Shown: positions 13,676 through 26,029 of the stretch, one piece after another
Layout: each line of letters opens with the position of its first letter
Numbering within the stretch: the stretch's first letter is position 1
The notes under the pieces: generated by a model
Database searches by the model: none
Seen by the model: the letters and a program-made list of their open reading frames with translations, nothing else
Told to the model about the DNA's origin: nothing
Source of the DNA: Octopus sinensis
Lineage: Eukaryota
Assembly: GCF_006345805.1 (NCBI RefSeq)
Contig: NC_042999.1
Location: 102,672,001 to 102,736,000 of the forward strand
Direction: 5' to 3'
Length of the DNA: 64,000 nucleotides
Position numbers and translations under genes: made by a program

Positions 13676-14377
13676 CCGTGATCAGATGTTAATTTCAGTC
13701 GAGTTTTCTTTATTCATTTCCATTATCACCAAAAGTAACATTAAAAAAAAAAATCTTGTACATGGCCAAGACAGTAAAATGCTGAACCAAATACCTATTT
13801 TTATTCTTTTGGTTTGGTTAAGTTCCCTGTTTTAACTGTGCAATTCTATCTAGAGTCTAATTTTGTGAGGGTTCTGTCAGATGTTTTTCAGAATAATCTA
13901 ACCTCATGACTTTCAGAAATTGATTTTACCATTCAATCTGGTAATAACTTCATCATTATTATATCATTTTAAAATAACACTGATATACCATCTTTTTTCT
14001 GGGGTGTTTGACCTCTTAATTTCCCAAATTGCTTTTGTAATTCTACCTGATGTCTATTCAAGACTAATTCTGAAAGACATTTTCTCTAGAGAATTTTACT
14101 TTTTTCCAACTTTACCCTTATTTTATTGTGTGCAATTATACATGGAGTTTAATTGCAGAATACCTCTGAAAGACATTTTTCTGAAGTCTGTCTTCAAGGC
14201 TTCCAAAATTTAATCATGCAGATTTTATATATTGAAGAAATGATTATGGAGATTCGGACCCTTGATCCCCAAAAACAGTTTTATCCCAAGTCTTTTTAAG
14301 AAATAGTTCTGGAGTAAATCCTGGCTGTGTAACCCCATCTACAAAAGAAAAAAATATAATTGTGTTATTTCATCTAG

Positions 14378-14518
14378 GATCTAAGTGAGATTACTTTGAA
14401 GACATATTCTGGAGAGTCTGGGATTAGACCTCACATTGTTACAATGAAGAACAATGCATTCAACAAAGATTTTATGCTTATGTTTTTAAGCTGCAAATAT
14501 CTTTTGTGTTTTATATGA
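14378..14518 (+). CDS. possible exon (DLSEITLKTYSGESGIRPHIVTMKNNAFNKDF...)
   Basis: Acceptor gttatttcatctag; only phase 0 is open, 46 codons to a stop; no good donor. Confidence 0.18.
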   Translation, partial: DLSEITLKTYSGESGIRPHIVTMKNNAFNKDFMLMFLSCKYLLCFI

Positions 14519-15014
14519 AAGCTAAAAAAAGAAAAAAAGTCTTATTTAGTTCACCCTTTTGATACCAACCCACATGAGCTTGCTCTTGGTTCTCTTCCAT
14601 CAACATTTTATGTTCATTTGTTCCAACCAATTTAATAATGACAGTTATTTTATCAAATATTTTACTATTTTAAAAATTGCTGGAAACAAAGGCAGTATAT
14701 TTCAATAGAATTATGGTATAAAAAAAAAGGTTCTACAAACTCTATGTGTATATATTTATGTGTTGTTGTTTAATATCAATTGTTCAAGTTCCATGACCAT
14801 CTCATCTTTTTTTTTTCAGAAATAGCATAGCTTGGACTACATTATCCAACATGTTATTTCCTTATTTCAGATTGTAGGGTGTGATCTGAGGGAGATTTGG
14901 CTGCTACTTCTATAAGAGCAAACAACTAGGTAGAGGATTCCTCAATGGTTCTGTTTATATGCATTTGTTTGTATGTCTGTGTGAACAATTACACATTTAT
15001 TTCAAACTAATAAT

Positions 15015-15033
15015 GTGTGTGTATGTGTGTGTG

Positions 15034-15110
<77 letters not shown>
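15015..15110. repeat. (GT)n/(GATA)n/(GA)n microsatellite
   Basis: Direct. Confidence 0.97.
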
Positions 15111-17005
15111 CACTCTAGTACTGGTGGTAATCTCCCGGTGAACGAAGGCTGCTGCAATCTATGTTTAACTGCTGCTCATTTATTTTATATTTTGCATACT
15201 GTAATACATATGTGTATGTGTGAATATGATTGTAACATGGGCATTGAATGTGTGGAAAATTTGTGAGGACTGGAGAGAAGTGCTTTGGTTATGAATGATA
15301 ATGAATTATAAAGGTGGAGTGAGAGTAAACTGAATGTATTGAGAGAGCGAGAGAGAGAGAGAGAGAGAGAGAGTGCAGATGAGAATTAAAAGCAGTGATG
15401 GATGTGTGTGTTCATGACAGATGATTACTTTAGTGATGTGGAAATGTAATTTAAAAGTACAAGGTTTGTATGAGTGATGAAAGTGCTATGACCTGGCAAA
15501 AAAAAAAAAAAATAACGATATGGGTATGAATGAGTTCAGATAATGAGTTCAGATTTTGAGCTGTTGGTTCTCACAGACAAAAATGAGAAGACAGAAGATC
15601 AAGACAGGTGGGTTGTTCGGTTTGTTTTAATGCAGACCTATCCAACCCATACTAGCTTAGAGAATGTAGACACAGTAATGATGATGATGACAATGATAGT
15701 GATAATGGTGATGACAGTGAGAGGCGATGATGGCAGTGGCAGTGATGATGATGATGATGGTTACTCTGTGTGTTTGTGTGATGTTAGGCTGGTATTTCCT
15801 ATCTACTGTGGTCACATTGAACATTTCATGCTTGAGTGAAATCCTTTCCTTATGTATTTTGTTTGTTTTACTTTTTTCAAACAAACAAACAAACAAAAAA
15901 GACAAAAATGGTGTTGAGAAGCTTTAAATGTAAATATCCCAAGGTTGTTACTTCTGAGTTGATGACATTCTGACTTTTGAGATCTCTCAATTGGGTAAAA
16001 AAAAAAAAAAAAAAAAAAAAGAGAAATGAAAAAAAAACTACTGACACTAAGCATGGTTTCTCAGGCTCTTATACACATACACTCGTGTACTTTGCACATG
16101 CATATATGTACAGAAACACATATACATGTTTATGCATGTGTTTGTGTATAAGAATACATATTCAAACAGATGCATTCATATAAAACTAAAGGGAATAATT
16201 ATACATTCATTGACCAAAGTGATACATTTATGCTCTATTCACCTTTCATCACAGTCTATATATGATAACAAAAAGCCATTATCTTATGGACCATCTTGTG
16301 GTCCCACATTGTTTCCATGAAGTTCTTCAACCTGTGAACTGTTTCCAGTCTCCCATTGGTTGTTTCGCTAATGTTGCTTAATGCCTTTCAGAAAGGCATA
16401 ACTGTCATTTCTCATAAACCCACTTCCTCTCAATAAATCTGAGGCATTTTGCCTTTTTATGGAATCATATAAATCACTGTAAAAAAAGTATACCCAGATT
16501 GTTGTTATTTTTTCTCTATTTTTTGTCATCTTTCTATGATTGCTTTGATTTTTCATATTGTTTAAACTATAATTTAATTTGAAATAGACATACATGCATG
16601 CATGCATACATACATATATACATACATACATACAAACATACATACATGATCATTTCTATGTCCCCGTGCATGATACAGCCTTAAGACATTTATTGGATGG
16701 CTGTTGACTCTCAAGAGTTCCTCCGCCCTTTGATGGGTTTTGTTTTTCATCCCGCAGGGTGTCCAATAAACACCCTCCTCACCAAGCAAGCTTGGTGGGG
16801 TTGCTGGTTTAGTCGCCGACGACCCAACCATGCAACAGGTTGTACTGGGTTACATGTTACCAGTAGCACTCGAAATACATACATACATACTTATATACAT
16901 ACATATATACATACACACACACATATACATACATACATGCTTGCATGCATTCATACATACACACACACACACATGCATGCATACATACATACATACATAC
17001 ATACA

Positions 17006-17486
17006 CAGGGTTATTCAAAGAGAATTAACCGATTTCATTATGCAATATTTTAATAAGGAAAAGCAATAGGAAACTCCAGCTAATTCACACGTATTTACTC
17101 ACAACCAACTTTTATTTCCTTTCTTATAAGTGTTCAATGTGACCACCACCTGCAGTAAGGGCAACATCAGTGTGATGAGAGAATTCTTCCCAGACATATA
17201 TCAGCATATGATCCACTGAGTTGATTGCTGTTGTTATTCGATGTTTAAGGTCGTCGAGGTTAGTGGATAGCAGTGGAACATAAATGCAATCTTTTACATA
17301 TCCCCACAAGAAAAAAAATCACATACGGTGAGGTCTGGGGATCTTGCAGGTCAAGCAGATATGTATCTGGGAGGAATTCTCTTATCACATTGATGTTGCC
17401 CATGCTGCAGGTGGTGGCCATATTGAACACGTGTAAGACAGGAAATAAAAGTTGATTGTGAATAAATACTTGTGACTTAGCTGGAG
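17006..17486 (-). mobile_element. Tc1/mariner superfamily relic (Tc3/rosa-like transposase C-terminus) with inverted duplication
   Basis: Minus strand encodes *PARSPDLTVCDFF[fs]LWGYVKDCIY...NLDDLKHRITTAI...GGHIEHL*, a typical WPPRSPDLxPCDFFLWG C-terminus. TIR-like end CAGGGTTATTCAAA at 17006; 17074-17205 and 17355-17486 are inverted copies. Confidence 0.85.
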
Positions 17487-18744
17487 AAGGGATACCCAAA
17501 AGAAACTGGAATTTTGCAATATTATTTTATTCACTTAGTTTTACATGTTTACATTTTTATTACCTTCAAACTATTCTCCATTTGAAGCAATGCATCAGTC
17601 CAGACACCTTTTCCACTGATTGAAGCAATGCTGGAATTCTTGCAAATGCCTCCATTATTTTTTTTCCTTCACTTCTTCCACATCTGTAAATGTTTTCCTT
17701 TAAGGACAATTTTGCATTTGGAAGGACAAAAGATGTCACAGGGAGCAAGATGGGTGAATAGGGAGGTTGGTAAGTGAGGTCATGCCATTTTTAGTCAACA
17801 ACTGTCTCATACTCAAGGTGGTGTGCACAGGTGCATTCTTGTGATGATACCACCATTCTCTGCTTTGTCACAGGTCAGGGTGTTTTTGTCTTATTGTGTC
17901 TTGTGAATGCTTCAGAAGTGCCAAGTAGAATGTCTGGATCACAGTTTGACCAGGAAGAACAAATTCTGCGTGGACAATTCCTTTTGCATCAATGAAACAA
18001 ATCAGCAGCATCTTGACACTGGATTTCACTTGACGCTCTTTTAGAGGGCGCGGTGACATTGAATGCTTCATTTCTGGGTCGTAGCTGTAGCATCAGCTTT
18101 CATCACCAGTGATGACCTTTGAATAAAGGCTTGGATCAATTTCCAATTGTTCTTTCAGTTCACAACATGCATTCAGTTGTGACTGCTTTTGATCTTCCGT
18201 GAGCAAGGGAGGCACAAATTTTGTTGCAACTCTTTTCATTCAGTTTCCCACTCAAAATTCATTGGTAGGAACTCCAGGATGCACCAGTCCTATCAACAAG
18301 TTTATCAATTATTTAGCAATGGTCCTCCAAGGTCAGTTCATGAATTTTCATGAAGTTTTCATTCGTTTGGGGGGTTGATGTTGGCCCTGAATGAGCTTGG
18401 TCTTCAAGTGACAAGTGATCATTCCTAAAGCATGGAAACCACTTGTAAACTTGTGTTTTGCTCATGGCAGCATCCTTGTAAGCTGTTAAAAGCATGACAA
18501 CTGTTCCAGCCACCATTTGCCCCAGCAGAAAACAGAATTTCAGTCATTGCAAAAATTGACGAACAGGGGAGAAGCACTGCAAAACAAAGATGCATCATGT
18601 GACAGTATGACTTCACACACCACTGCCAGTTGGCAGACTGATGTCTGAGGGTCACATCAAGTGGCTTCTAGTGGTGGAAGTCTGAACTACAACAGACTTC
18701 TCCCACAGAGGGCATTTTCAGTTACTTTTGGGTACTCTCTCATA
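17487..18744 (-). mobile_element. mariner (DD34D-type) element, near full length, decayed
   Basis: TIR-like ends GGATACCCAAAAGAAACTGGAA / rc GAGTACCCAAAAGTAACTGAAA, about 1.26 kb apart. Minus ORF pieces TAYKDAAMSKTQVYKWF...EDQAHSGPTST (HTH) and SPRPLKERQVKSSVKMLLICFIDAKGIVHAEFV; HHKNAPVHT and PYSPILLPVTSF remnants. Confidence 0.93.
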
Positions 18745-18934
18745 TATATATATAAATATATATATGCACTAGTATGACTATAGTTATAGGAGCAGGCATG
18801 CCTGTGTGGTTATGTAGTTTGCTTCTCAACCAGATGGTTCTAGGTTCAGTCCCTATATTTTAAAAGGTATAGCCATGTTATACAGTGTGTCATGCTGATT
18901 TTGCTTGAGAATTAGATTTATGGTACACATGTCT

Positions 18935-19196
18935 AGGTGGAGGCGTGTGGCTTAGTGGTTGGGAATGTTGGACTCATGATTGTAAGATTGTAGTTTCAAT
19001 TTCTGTACCAAATAACACGTTGTATTCTTGAGCAAAACACTTCATTTAATGTTGTTCTAGTCCACTCAGCTGGCAAAAATGAATAATCCTGTGATGGACC
19101 GGTATCCCATCCAGGCAGGGAATTTATACACCATGCAAACCAGGAAACTGGCCCTTATGAATTGGCATGACTCGAGAAGGTGACTTTACCTTTTTT
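18935..19196 (+). mobile_element. tRNA-derived SINE, family D, with 11-bp TSD
   Basis: Head GGAGGCGTGTGGCTTAGTGGTT...GTTTCAATTTC; flanked by TACACATGTCT at 18924-18934 and 19197-19207. Related decayed copies near 23490-23740 and 60830-61160. Confidence 0.85.
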
Positions 19197-21071
19197 TACA
19201 CATGTCTGTAGAATGCTCAGCCGCTTTTACATTAATTCAGGAGTTGGTAATTCATTTGATTTGACAAGTGAATCCTCATTGTCAAATGATAGGGACCTAT
19301 CACTCTCTGATATAAACTAACATTTCAATCTCAATAACCAGAGATCACTGTGAATCTCATGAGATTATGGATCTGAAGCTGAAAAGCTTCTCTTCAGAGC
19401 ACATGTTTGCAGTATTCTTTTTGTTTTTATGATGTCAAATTGGCTGAGTTGTTTAAGTATCAGATAGAATACCTTGTGGTATTTATTCCTGCTCTTCTGT
19501 ACTGTGGATTCAAATCTAATTAAAGTTAACTTTACTGTTCATCCTTTTGAGTGGGGTCAATAAGTAAAGTACCAGTTCAGCACTGTAGATTGATGGAATT
19601 GTCAGGGTTGGATGAGATGCCTTGCTGTATCTGTTCCATTTCTTTGCATTCTAACAGTCATGTATTCGCTGACATTGGTGCCAAGCTGTAGTGGAATCGC
19701 CTTTCTCTTAGATGACATCGGTGACATCAAGAAAGTAGATTTACTGGTCTACTATGTAAAACAACATTGATAAATATCTCATTTATGTAGTGTAGTTTTT
19801 CTGACTTTTAACCTCGTCATTTGATATGTAAAAAAATGTTCTAATATTCATATCCACGCTATGTTTTGACTATTTTGGCTTGTGATCATTGTCAGGAGAT
19901 TTATTCCTGAATGTATGGCGGTGTACATTGAACCAAACTGGATTTGAACTAAGGATCTTTATTTCTAAACGTTGGGTAATAGTGTATCAGTATGTTATTG
20001 CTCTTAGTCTGGAGATGCATCTACATGGTTTGAATCCAATTTGAAACTGTGTACACTTCTAGGGATGAGACAACAACGGCAGTGATGATGGTGTTGATGA
20101 CAACAATGATGATGGCAGCAATGATGGCAATGATGGTGATGATGATGGCAGTGATGATGGTGATATAAAACTTAGTGTAGACATAAATATTGGGAAAAGA
20201 ATTCTCAGCTCTAAAGATGAAATCATTATTAGTCTGAAAAGTTATCATCTCATCAACAATTCAAATTTAGATCAGCAATTCTTAACCCGAGGGAAATTTC
20301 ATGTCTGAAGATAGGTTTTAGGATATCAATGAAAACTTTGAAGACTGCAATGGAGAAGTTGTTTTCATGTTGAAAAATTCTGTCATTATTTGCACTTATT
20401 TTTATTTGATTTATTTTCCTTAATGCTAATATTTTAATGATGCCAATATTAAATTAAAATAAAGCTGTTAATGATATGCAATAAATTGTGGTGTATACAA
20501 GGCATTTTTCTTATGATATGTGAGTAAAGAATCAGGGTGATAAACTGGAAAAAGCAAGAAATACTGAAAAATGTTAAGAAACACTGATTTATATAGACTT
20601 TAAAAAATTACAAAGAACTAAAAAAGGTATTTTATATAAAGAAATAAAGTTTTTTTTTTCAGTGAGAAATAATATTTCATTAAACTACTTATAACAGCAT
20701 GGAAAGCAGATGATAAACAATGATGATAACTACATGTTTGTCTGCTGTTTTTTTAAAAAATTTTATTCTTTTCTTTCGCATGACATTTGTTGACCTCTTT
20801 ACCACTGAAGGCAGTATCCCAGCATGGTCATGGCTGTTATTACTAAACAAACTAAAGTACTAACATTTCAAAAGTATGAAACGGTTCTTGGTAAATATTT
20901 TTAACAAGCTGTACAGCTTGTATGATTTTATAAACGTGTTTGTATTTAGTAAAATACCCAATATTTTATGTTCATTGCTGTATTAATTTGTGATTTTGAA
21001 TATAACTTAACAAAAGTTTCTTATGTGGAATTACAATGGATGATCTTTTATTGAAATATGAAAATTTCAAG

Positions 21072-21114
21072 ACCAATGGTTGTCTATCTGAAACCAAGAA
21101 GTGGTCTTGGACAG
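21072..21114 (+). CDS. candidate exon ending at a consensus donor (RPMVVYLKPRSGLGQ or ...TNGCLSETKKWSWT)
   Basis: Donor CAG|gtatgt at 21114; two frames open; 5' boundary uncertain (21072, or about 21017 giving FLCGITMDDLLLKYENFKTNGCLSETKKWSWT). Confidence 0.27.
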
Positions 21115-21296
21115 GTATGTATAAAATGGATTAAACTTTGCTAATCATCTTCAATAGTTTATAACCTCTTTTAGAGCAGCCTCTTAATCAAGGAGTCTTG
21201 TCTTTCAAGCTACTGGGCAATTTCAATTAGTACTAATGACATGAAAATGCACTCAGCACATCCTCTAATGTGGTCAGCATTAGTAAGGGCATTCAG

Positions 21297-21450
21297 CTGC
21301 GAGGACCATGCCAAAACAGACAATGGAGGACAACCAGTCAGATCTTGTCAAACCATCCAACTTATGCCAGCATGGAACATGGGCATTAAATGTTGATGAT
21401 AATGATGATGTTGATGATGAAGATGATGACGACGACGATGATGATGACAA
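21297..21450 (+). mobile_element. RTE-type LINE 3' end fragment with (GAT)n tail
   Basis: ...TGTCAAACCATCCAACTTATGCCAGCATGGAACATGGGCATTAAATGTTGATGAT; same tail as the LINE at 26030. Confidence 0.7.
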
Positions 21451-21721
21451 CAATGAAAGCAATAGAGTGTCATGTTGAATTAGGTTTTAGGCTGATTCTC
21501 AAAGTAATGCTTAATAGTTAGATAGGAAGCCAGAGGTTGTAAGCAGCCAAATTTCTCTCAGAGACTTCTTGAAAAGAAGCACATTGTCTAAATATAAAAT
21601 TGGGTGGCAATGCTGGAGTGACTTTCATCAAAGATCTGTCCAATTAGAGCTGGCTTGGTGCTAATCAACAGTGACAACAACAACAACACACATGCATATA
21701 TATACAAACATGCACACAAAA

Positions 21722-22344
21722 CACAATTTCCAACTGTTCTTTCAGTTCACAACATGCATTCAGTCATGTCTGCTTTTGATCTTCCATGAGCAAGTGAGGC
21801 ACAAATTTTGCTGCAACTCATTTCATTCACAATTCCTGACTCAAAATTTGTTAGTAGGAGCTCCGGTACACACTGGTCATACCAACAAGCTCATCAATTG
21901 TTTGGTGATGGTTCCTGAATTTTCATGGTGTTTTCTTTCATTCGGGAGGTCGATGGCTGTCCTGAACGAGATTCATCTTCAAACAACAAGTGACCATTCC
22001 TAGAGCAGGGAAACTACTTGTAAGCTTGTGTTTTGCTCATGGCAGTATCCTTGTAAGATGTTTGAGATATGACAACTGCTTTGGTCACCATTTTCCCCAG
22101 CAGAAAACAGAATTTCATAGAAACATGCTGTTCTTTTGTTTCAGCCATTGCAAAAATTGACAAGCAGGGAAGAAGCACTGCAAAATAAAAACACACCACA
22201 TGGAAGTATGATGCCACACAATGCTGCTGGTTGACAGACTGATGCTTGAGGGTCACATCAAGTGGCGTCTAGCTGCAGAAGCCTGAACTACAACATGTTT
22301 GTCCCTCAGATAACATTTCTGGTTACTTTTGGGTACCCCGCATA
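21722..22344 (-). mobile_element. mariner 5' half, same family as 17487-18744
   Basis: TIR rc TATGCGGGGTACCCAAAAGTAACCAGAAA; minus ORF EQHVSMKFCFLLGKMVTKAVVISQTSYKDTAMSKTQAYK; aligns to 18135-18744. Confidence 0.9.
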
Positions 22345-22846
22345 TGTTTTACTACCCAATGTATGCTTTTTTTTTATAATAATGCAATAGGAAGGAGACT
22401 GGGCTGTTGTTTCTTGCAGGTTAGATGACCATATAGAGGCTCCCACATTAGCTAGTTTTTTAAGTTGTTCATTGTTATGTTGGCATATGGAAATACAACA
22501 TAATAATACATGGAAATAAATCAGAGTTATTTTAAGGGAGATAGTTTTCATTTTTAGCTTTAAAATCCCTGGATGTAAGTTATAATTGCTAATTATAAAT
22601 GCAAATAATGACATCAAAATATTTTTATTCTCTATTTTTCAAAGAAATTTTTTATCAAAACTGAAAATAAAAGGAAAATACTTTTAAAAAGAATCAATAT
22701 TCTCTCATTAAAAAGAATAAATAACTTGACTGAAATAGAAATATATTTATCTATGATAGGAAAACTAATTGTCAGGAGATGGTGAAAAAAACAAAGAGAG
22801 AGAGAGACAGACAGACAGACACACACACACACACACACACACGCAC

Positions 22847-22881
<35 letters not shown>

Positions 22882-23784
22882 TGTGTGGTGAGATGTTTGC
22901 TTCCCAATGACATGATTTTCAGTTCAGTTCTACTGTATGTCAAACGAAATCACTCCAGAAGTAACCACAAGAATGACAGATATGTATTTCACTTTAGTTG
23001 CAGCTGATCCATATGTGTACAATGGTCTTCCTCACAGTTTTCATTAATCAGATTCATTCACAAGGTATTGGTTGGCCTGAACACTTGCCCTTTCCCTCTA
23101 TGTCAGCATGACTGAGCAGATTTATAGTCTAAAGTGCTCCATCATTGATAATCTTGGCTTCCTATTCAGGTGTGATTGATCCTCTCTTGGTTTTGACAAC
23201 AGTCAGTTGTTCAATTAACTAACCTTGCTTCTCATTAAAGCAATGTGTGAGTTGCTGAATATCCCATCTCTGACACATGTTTTCTTAATATAATTCTTAA
23301 GCCAAATCAGCCAGACAAATATGTGACAAAGCTGATACAATTCATCTTTATTCTTTTACTTGTTTCAGCCATTTGACTGTGGCCATGCTGGAGCACCACC
23401 AGATGGGTTTCCACACAAAATTTCTTTCTACCCACTTTTACTCACAAGACTTACCACTTCATGCATGGTGCTACAGTTTAGCATGATAGCAACATGTGAC
23501 TTTGTGGTTAGGGTGTTACACTCATGATTGAAAGATCGTGGTTTCAATTCCATGACCAGCAGTGATTGTATTTTAGAGCAAAACACTTTATCTCATGCTG
23601 CTCCAGTCCCCTCAGCTCTAAATAGGTAATCCTGCAATGGATTGGCATTCTGTTGAGAAAGAACATTGGCCTACTTATCCAGCCAGTATGATGGCATCAT
23701 TTTAAAGCTATAACGATGCAAGGAAGTGCAGCATCCATGAGTCTGGTTGATATAGTGATTACTATGTAGTACTATCATGTAACT

Positions 23785-24240
23785 AGCTGTTAGTAGGTAC
23801 CACATAGTGGTATAGTTCTCCATAGTAAGAAGGGTGCTATTTTGCTATAGTAGTGCAGCTGTTTGTAGTGGTTTGGTTCTCCATTGTAAGCAGGGTACTA
23901 CTGTGCAATGGTAATGCAGCTGTTCATAGGTACCTCATGATGGTATAGTTTTCCATTGTAAGCAAGCAAGATACTATTGTGCTATAGTAATGCAGCTGTT
24001 CATAGGTACCTCATGATGATATAGTTCTCCATAGTAAGCAGGGTACTATTTTGCTATAGTAATGCAGCTCTTCATAGGTACCTCATGGTGGCATACTTCT
24101 CCATTGTAAGCAGGGTACTATTGTGCTATAGTAATGCAGCTGTTAGTAGGTAACTCATGGTGGTATAGTTTTCCATAGTAAGCAAGGTACTATTGTGCTA
24201 CAGTAATGCAGTTGACAGCAGATGCCTCAAGATGGTATAG
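23785..24240. repeat. 72-bp minisatellite, about 6 copies
   Basis: Unit GCAGCTGTTCATAGGTACCTCATGATGGTATAGTTCTCCATAGTAAGCAGGGTACTATTGTGCTATAGTAAT; unit starts at 23916, 23992 (4-bp insertion), 24064, 24136, 24208. Confidence 0.95.
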
Positions 24241-24639
24241 CTCTGCAGAATAGCTATGTTAATATAACAAACTTAAGCTGTGTGTGAGAGGTGAGATTAT
24301 AAATATAATACACTTGGCTATGACAGTCATAATATTCAGATTCAGTAATAAATTGCAAGTCAGATTAACTGAAGCATTAGGAAACTATTCACTACCTTGT
24401 AAGCTTGATCTAAATCTGATATGGGTAGCATATACTTAATGTGTAAACAGAGAAGTGGGCATGATAAACATAACTATTACAAAGTAATTATTGTGGTTCT
24501 TGAAAGATTCCTAGAAGCAAGCAAATTTACACTGTATAGGATAAGGTAACATGGGTGAACAAAAAAATGATTTTCTATATATAAAAAGTGAATTTGATAG
24601 AGGGAATCTGTGTGGAAGCCCATGGTATATATACCATCT

Positions 24640-25015
24640 TCATCATCATCATCATCAGTTAGCATCTGTTTTCCATGCTGGCATGGGTTAGACAGTTTGA
24701 CTGAAACTGGTAAACAGGAGAGCTGCACTAGATTCCAGTATGATTTGGAATGGTTTCTACAGCTGGATGCCCTTCCTAAAGCCAACCACTTCAAGAGTGC
24801 AATGGGTGCTTTTTATGTGCCACTGGCATGGGTGCCAGTCATGTAGCACTGGCATTGGCCACAACTATGATTCTCTAAGCTTGATGAATCTTCTCAAGCA
24901 CTGGCATATTGCCAAAGGCCTCAGTCACTTGTCATCACCTCTGTGAAGCCCAACGTTTGAAGGGTGCTTTTCACCAGCAAGTGTGCCAGTTATGTGACAC
25001 TGGCATCATCTTTGT
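24640..25015 (-). mobile_element. RTE-type LINE 3' UTR fragment
   Basis: (CAT)n then TCTGTTTTCCATGCTGGCATGGGTT...CAGCTGGATGCCCTTCCTAA...; aligns with 26030-26470. Confidence 0.8.
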
Positions 25016-25492
25016 GTGTTTTTGTGTTTGTGTTTGTGTTCGACCCACACAGTGCTTAACAACTGGTTTTGGTTTTTATATGTCCTTGTAGTTTGGTAGT
25101 TTGGTAAATGTGACCAATAGAATAAGTAGCAAACTTAAGAAAGCAAGTACAAGGTGGTGCCCCAGTATGGTTGCAGTCCAATGAATGAAACAAGTAAAAT
25201 ATAAAGATAAGAAAACATTGGACAAATTAGGGGTTAATGATGCTAAAGAAAAGGTTTAAATAAGACCAAAACAATGTAAAAGATATGAAGGATAAAATCA
25301 TGACAAAACTCACAAAAATACCAAGCAAAAAATGGAGAAAACAAACTTCTCTGTGACCAGCATCTGGCAATATTCAACAGAAAGGAAGTGAAGCCATATT
25401 AAAGTCAGCAATAACCCAAAAGATTGGGAATAAATGTAAAAACAAATCTAATTTTAGATGCATAAGATTAATACCAAAACCACAAAACAATG

Positions 25493-25721
25493 TTAACCCT
25501 TTTGTTACTGCATTTATTTTGAGATGCTCTGTGTTTCTTTCAATTACTTTAAATATAACAAAGAATTTAGTAAAATAACTTAGTTATCATTCAGCTAGTG
25601 TTAGGAACATAAATTGTGATTAAGGTTTGGTGGAAGATTTTAATTCAAAACTTATGAAAACAAGACATTTGTACTAAAGAGCCAGAGCCGGTTTCAGCCG
25701 GGTTGGTAACGAAAGGGTTAA
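25493..25721. mobile_element. piggyBac-type MITE (221 bp) with TTAA TSD
   Basis: TTAA(25493-96)|CCCTTTTGTTAC ... GTAACGAAAGGG|TTAA(25718-21): 12-bp TIR with 1 mismatch, CCC/GGG termini. Confidence 0.85.
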
Positions 25722-26029
25722 AATTAAGTAATAAAATGGAAGTTCATGTCAACTGCTAATTATGCAACCATCAAAGTTTGCAGTTGATATAAATTAACAT
25801 AATTTATGGGTAATTTTTGTAAAGACAAAATATATCAACTTACATTACTAGGTAGTTAGCTATACTAGGTGCAGGAGTGGCTGTGTGGTGAGATGTTTGC
25901 TTCCCAGCCAAAATGGTTCCAAGTTGAGTCTCACAGTGTGACACCTTGGGCAAGTGTCTTCTACTGTAGCATTGGGTTGACCAAAGTCTTGTGAGTGAAT
26001 TTGGTAGATGGAAGCTACCAATAATGTGT

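Noticed and set aside
23785-24240. Regular repeat considered as a CRISPR array or coding repeat
   Set aside because: Contiguous units without unique spacers, no cas genes, eukaryotic context, and stops in all frames.
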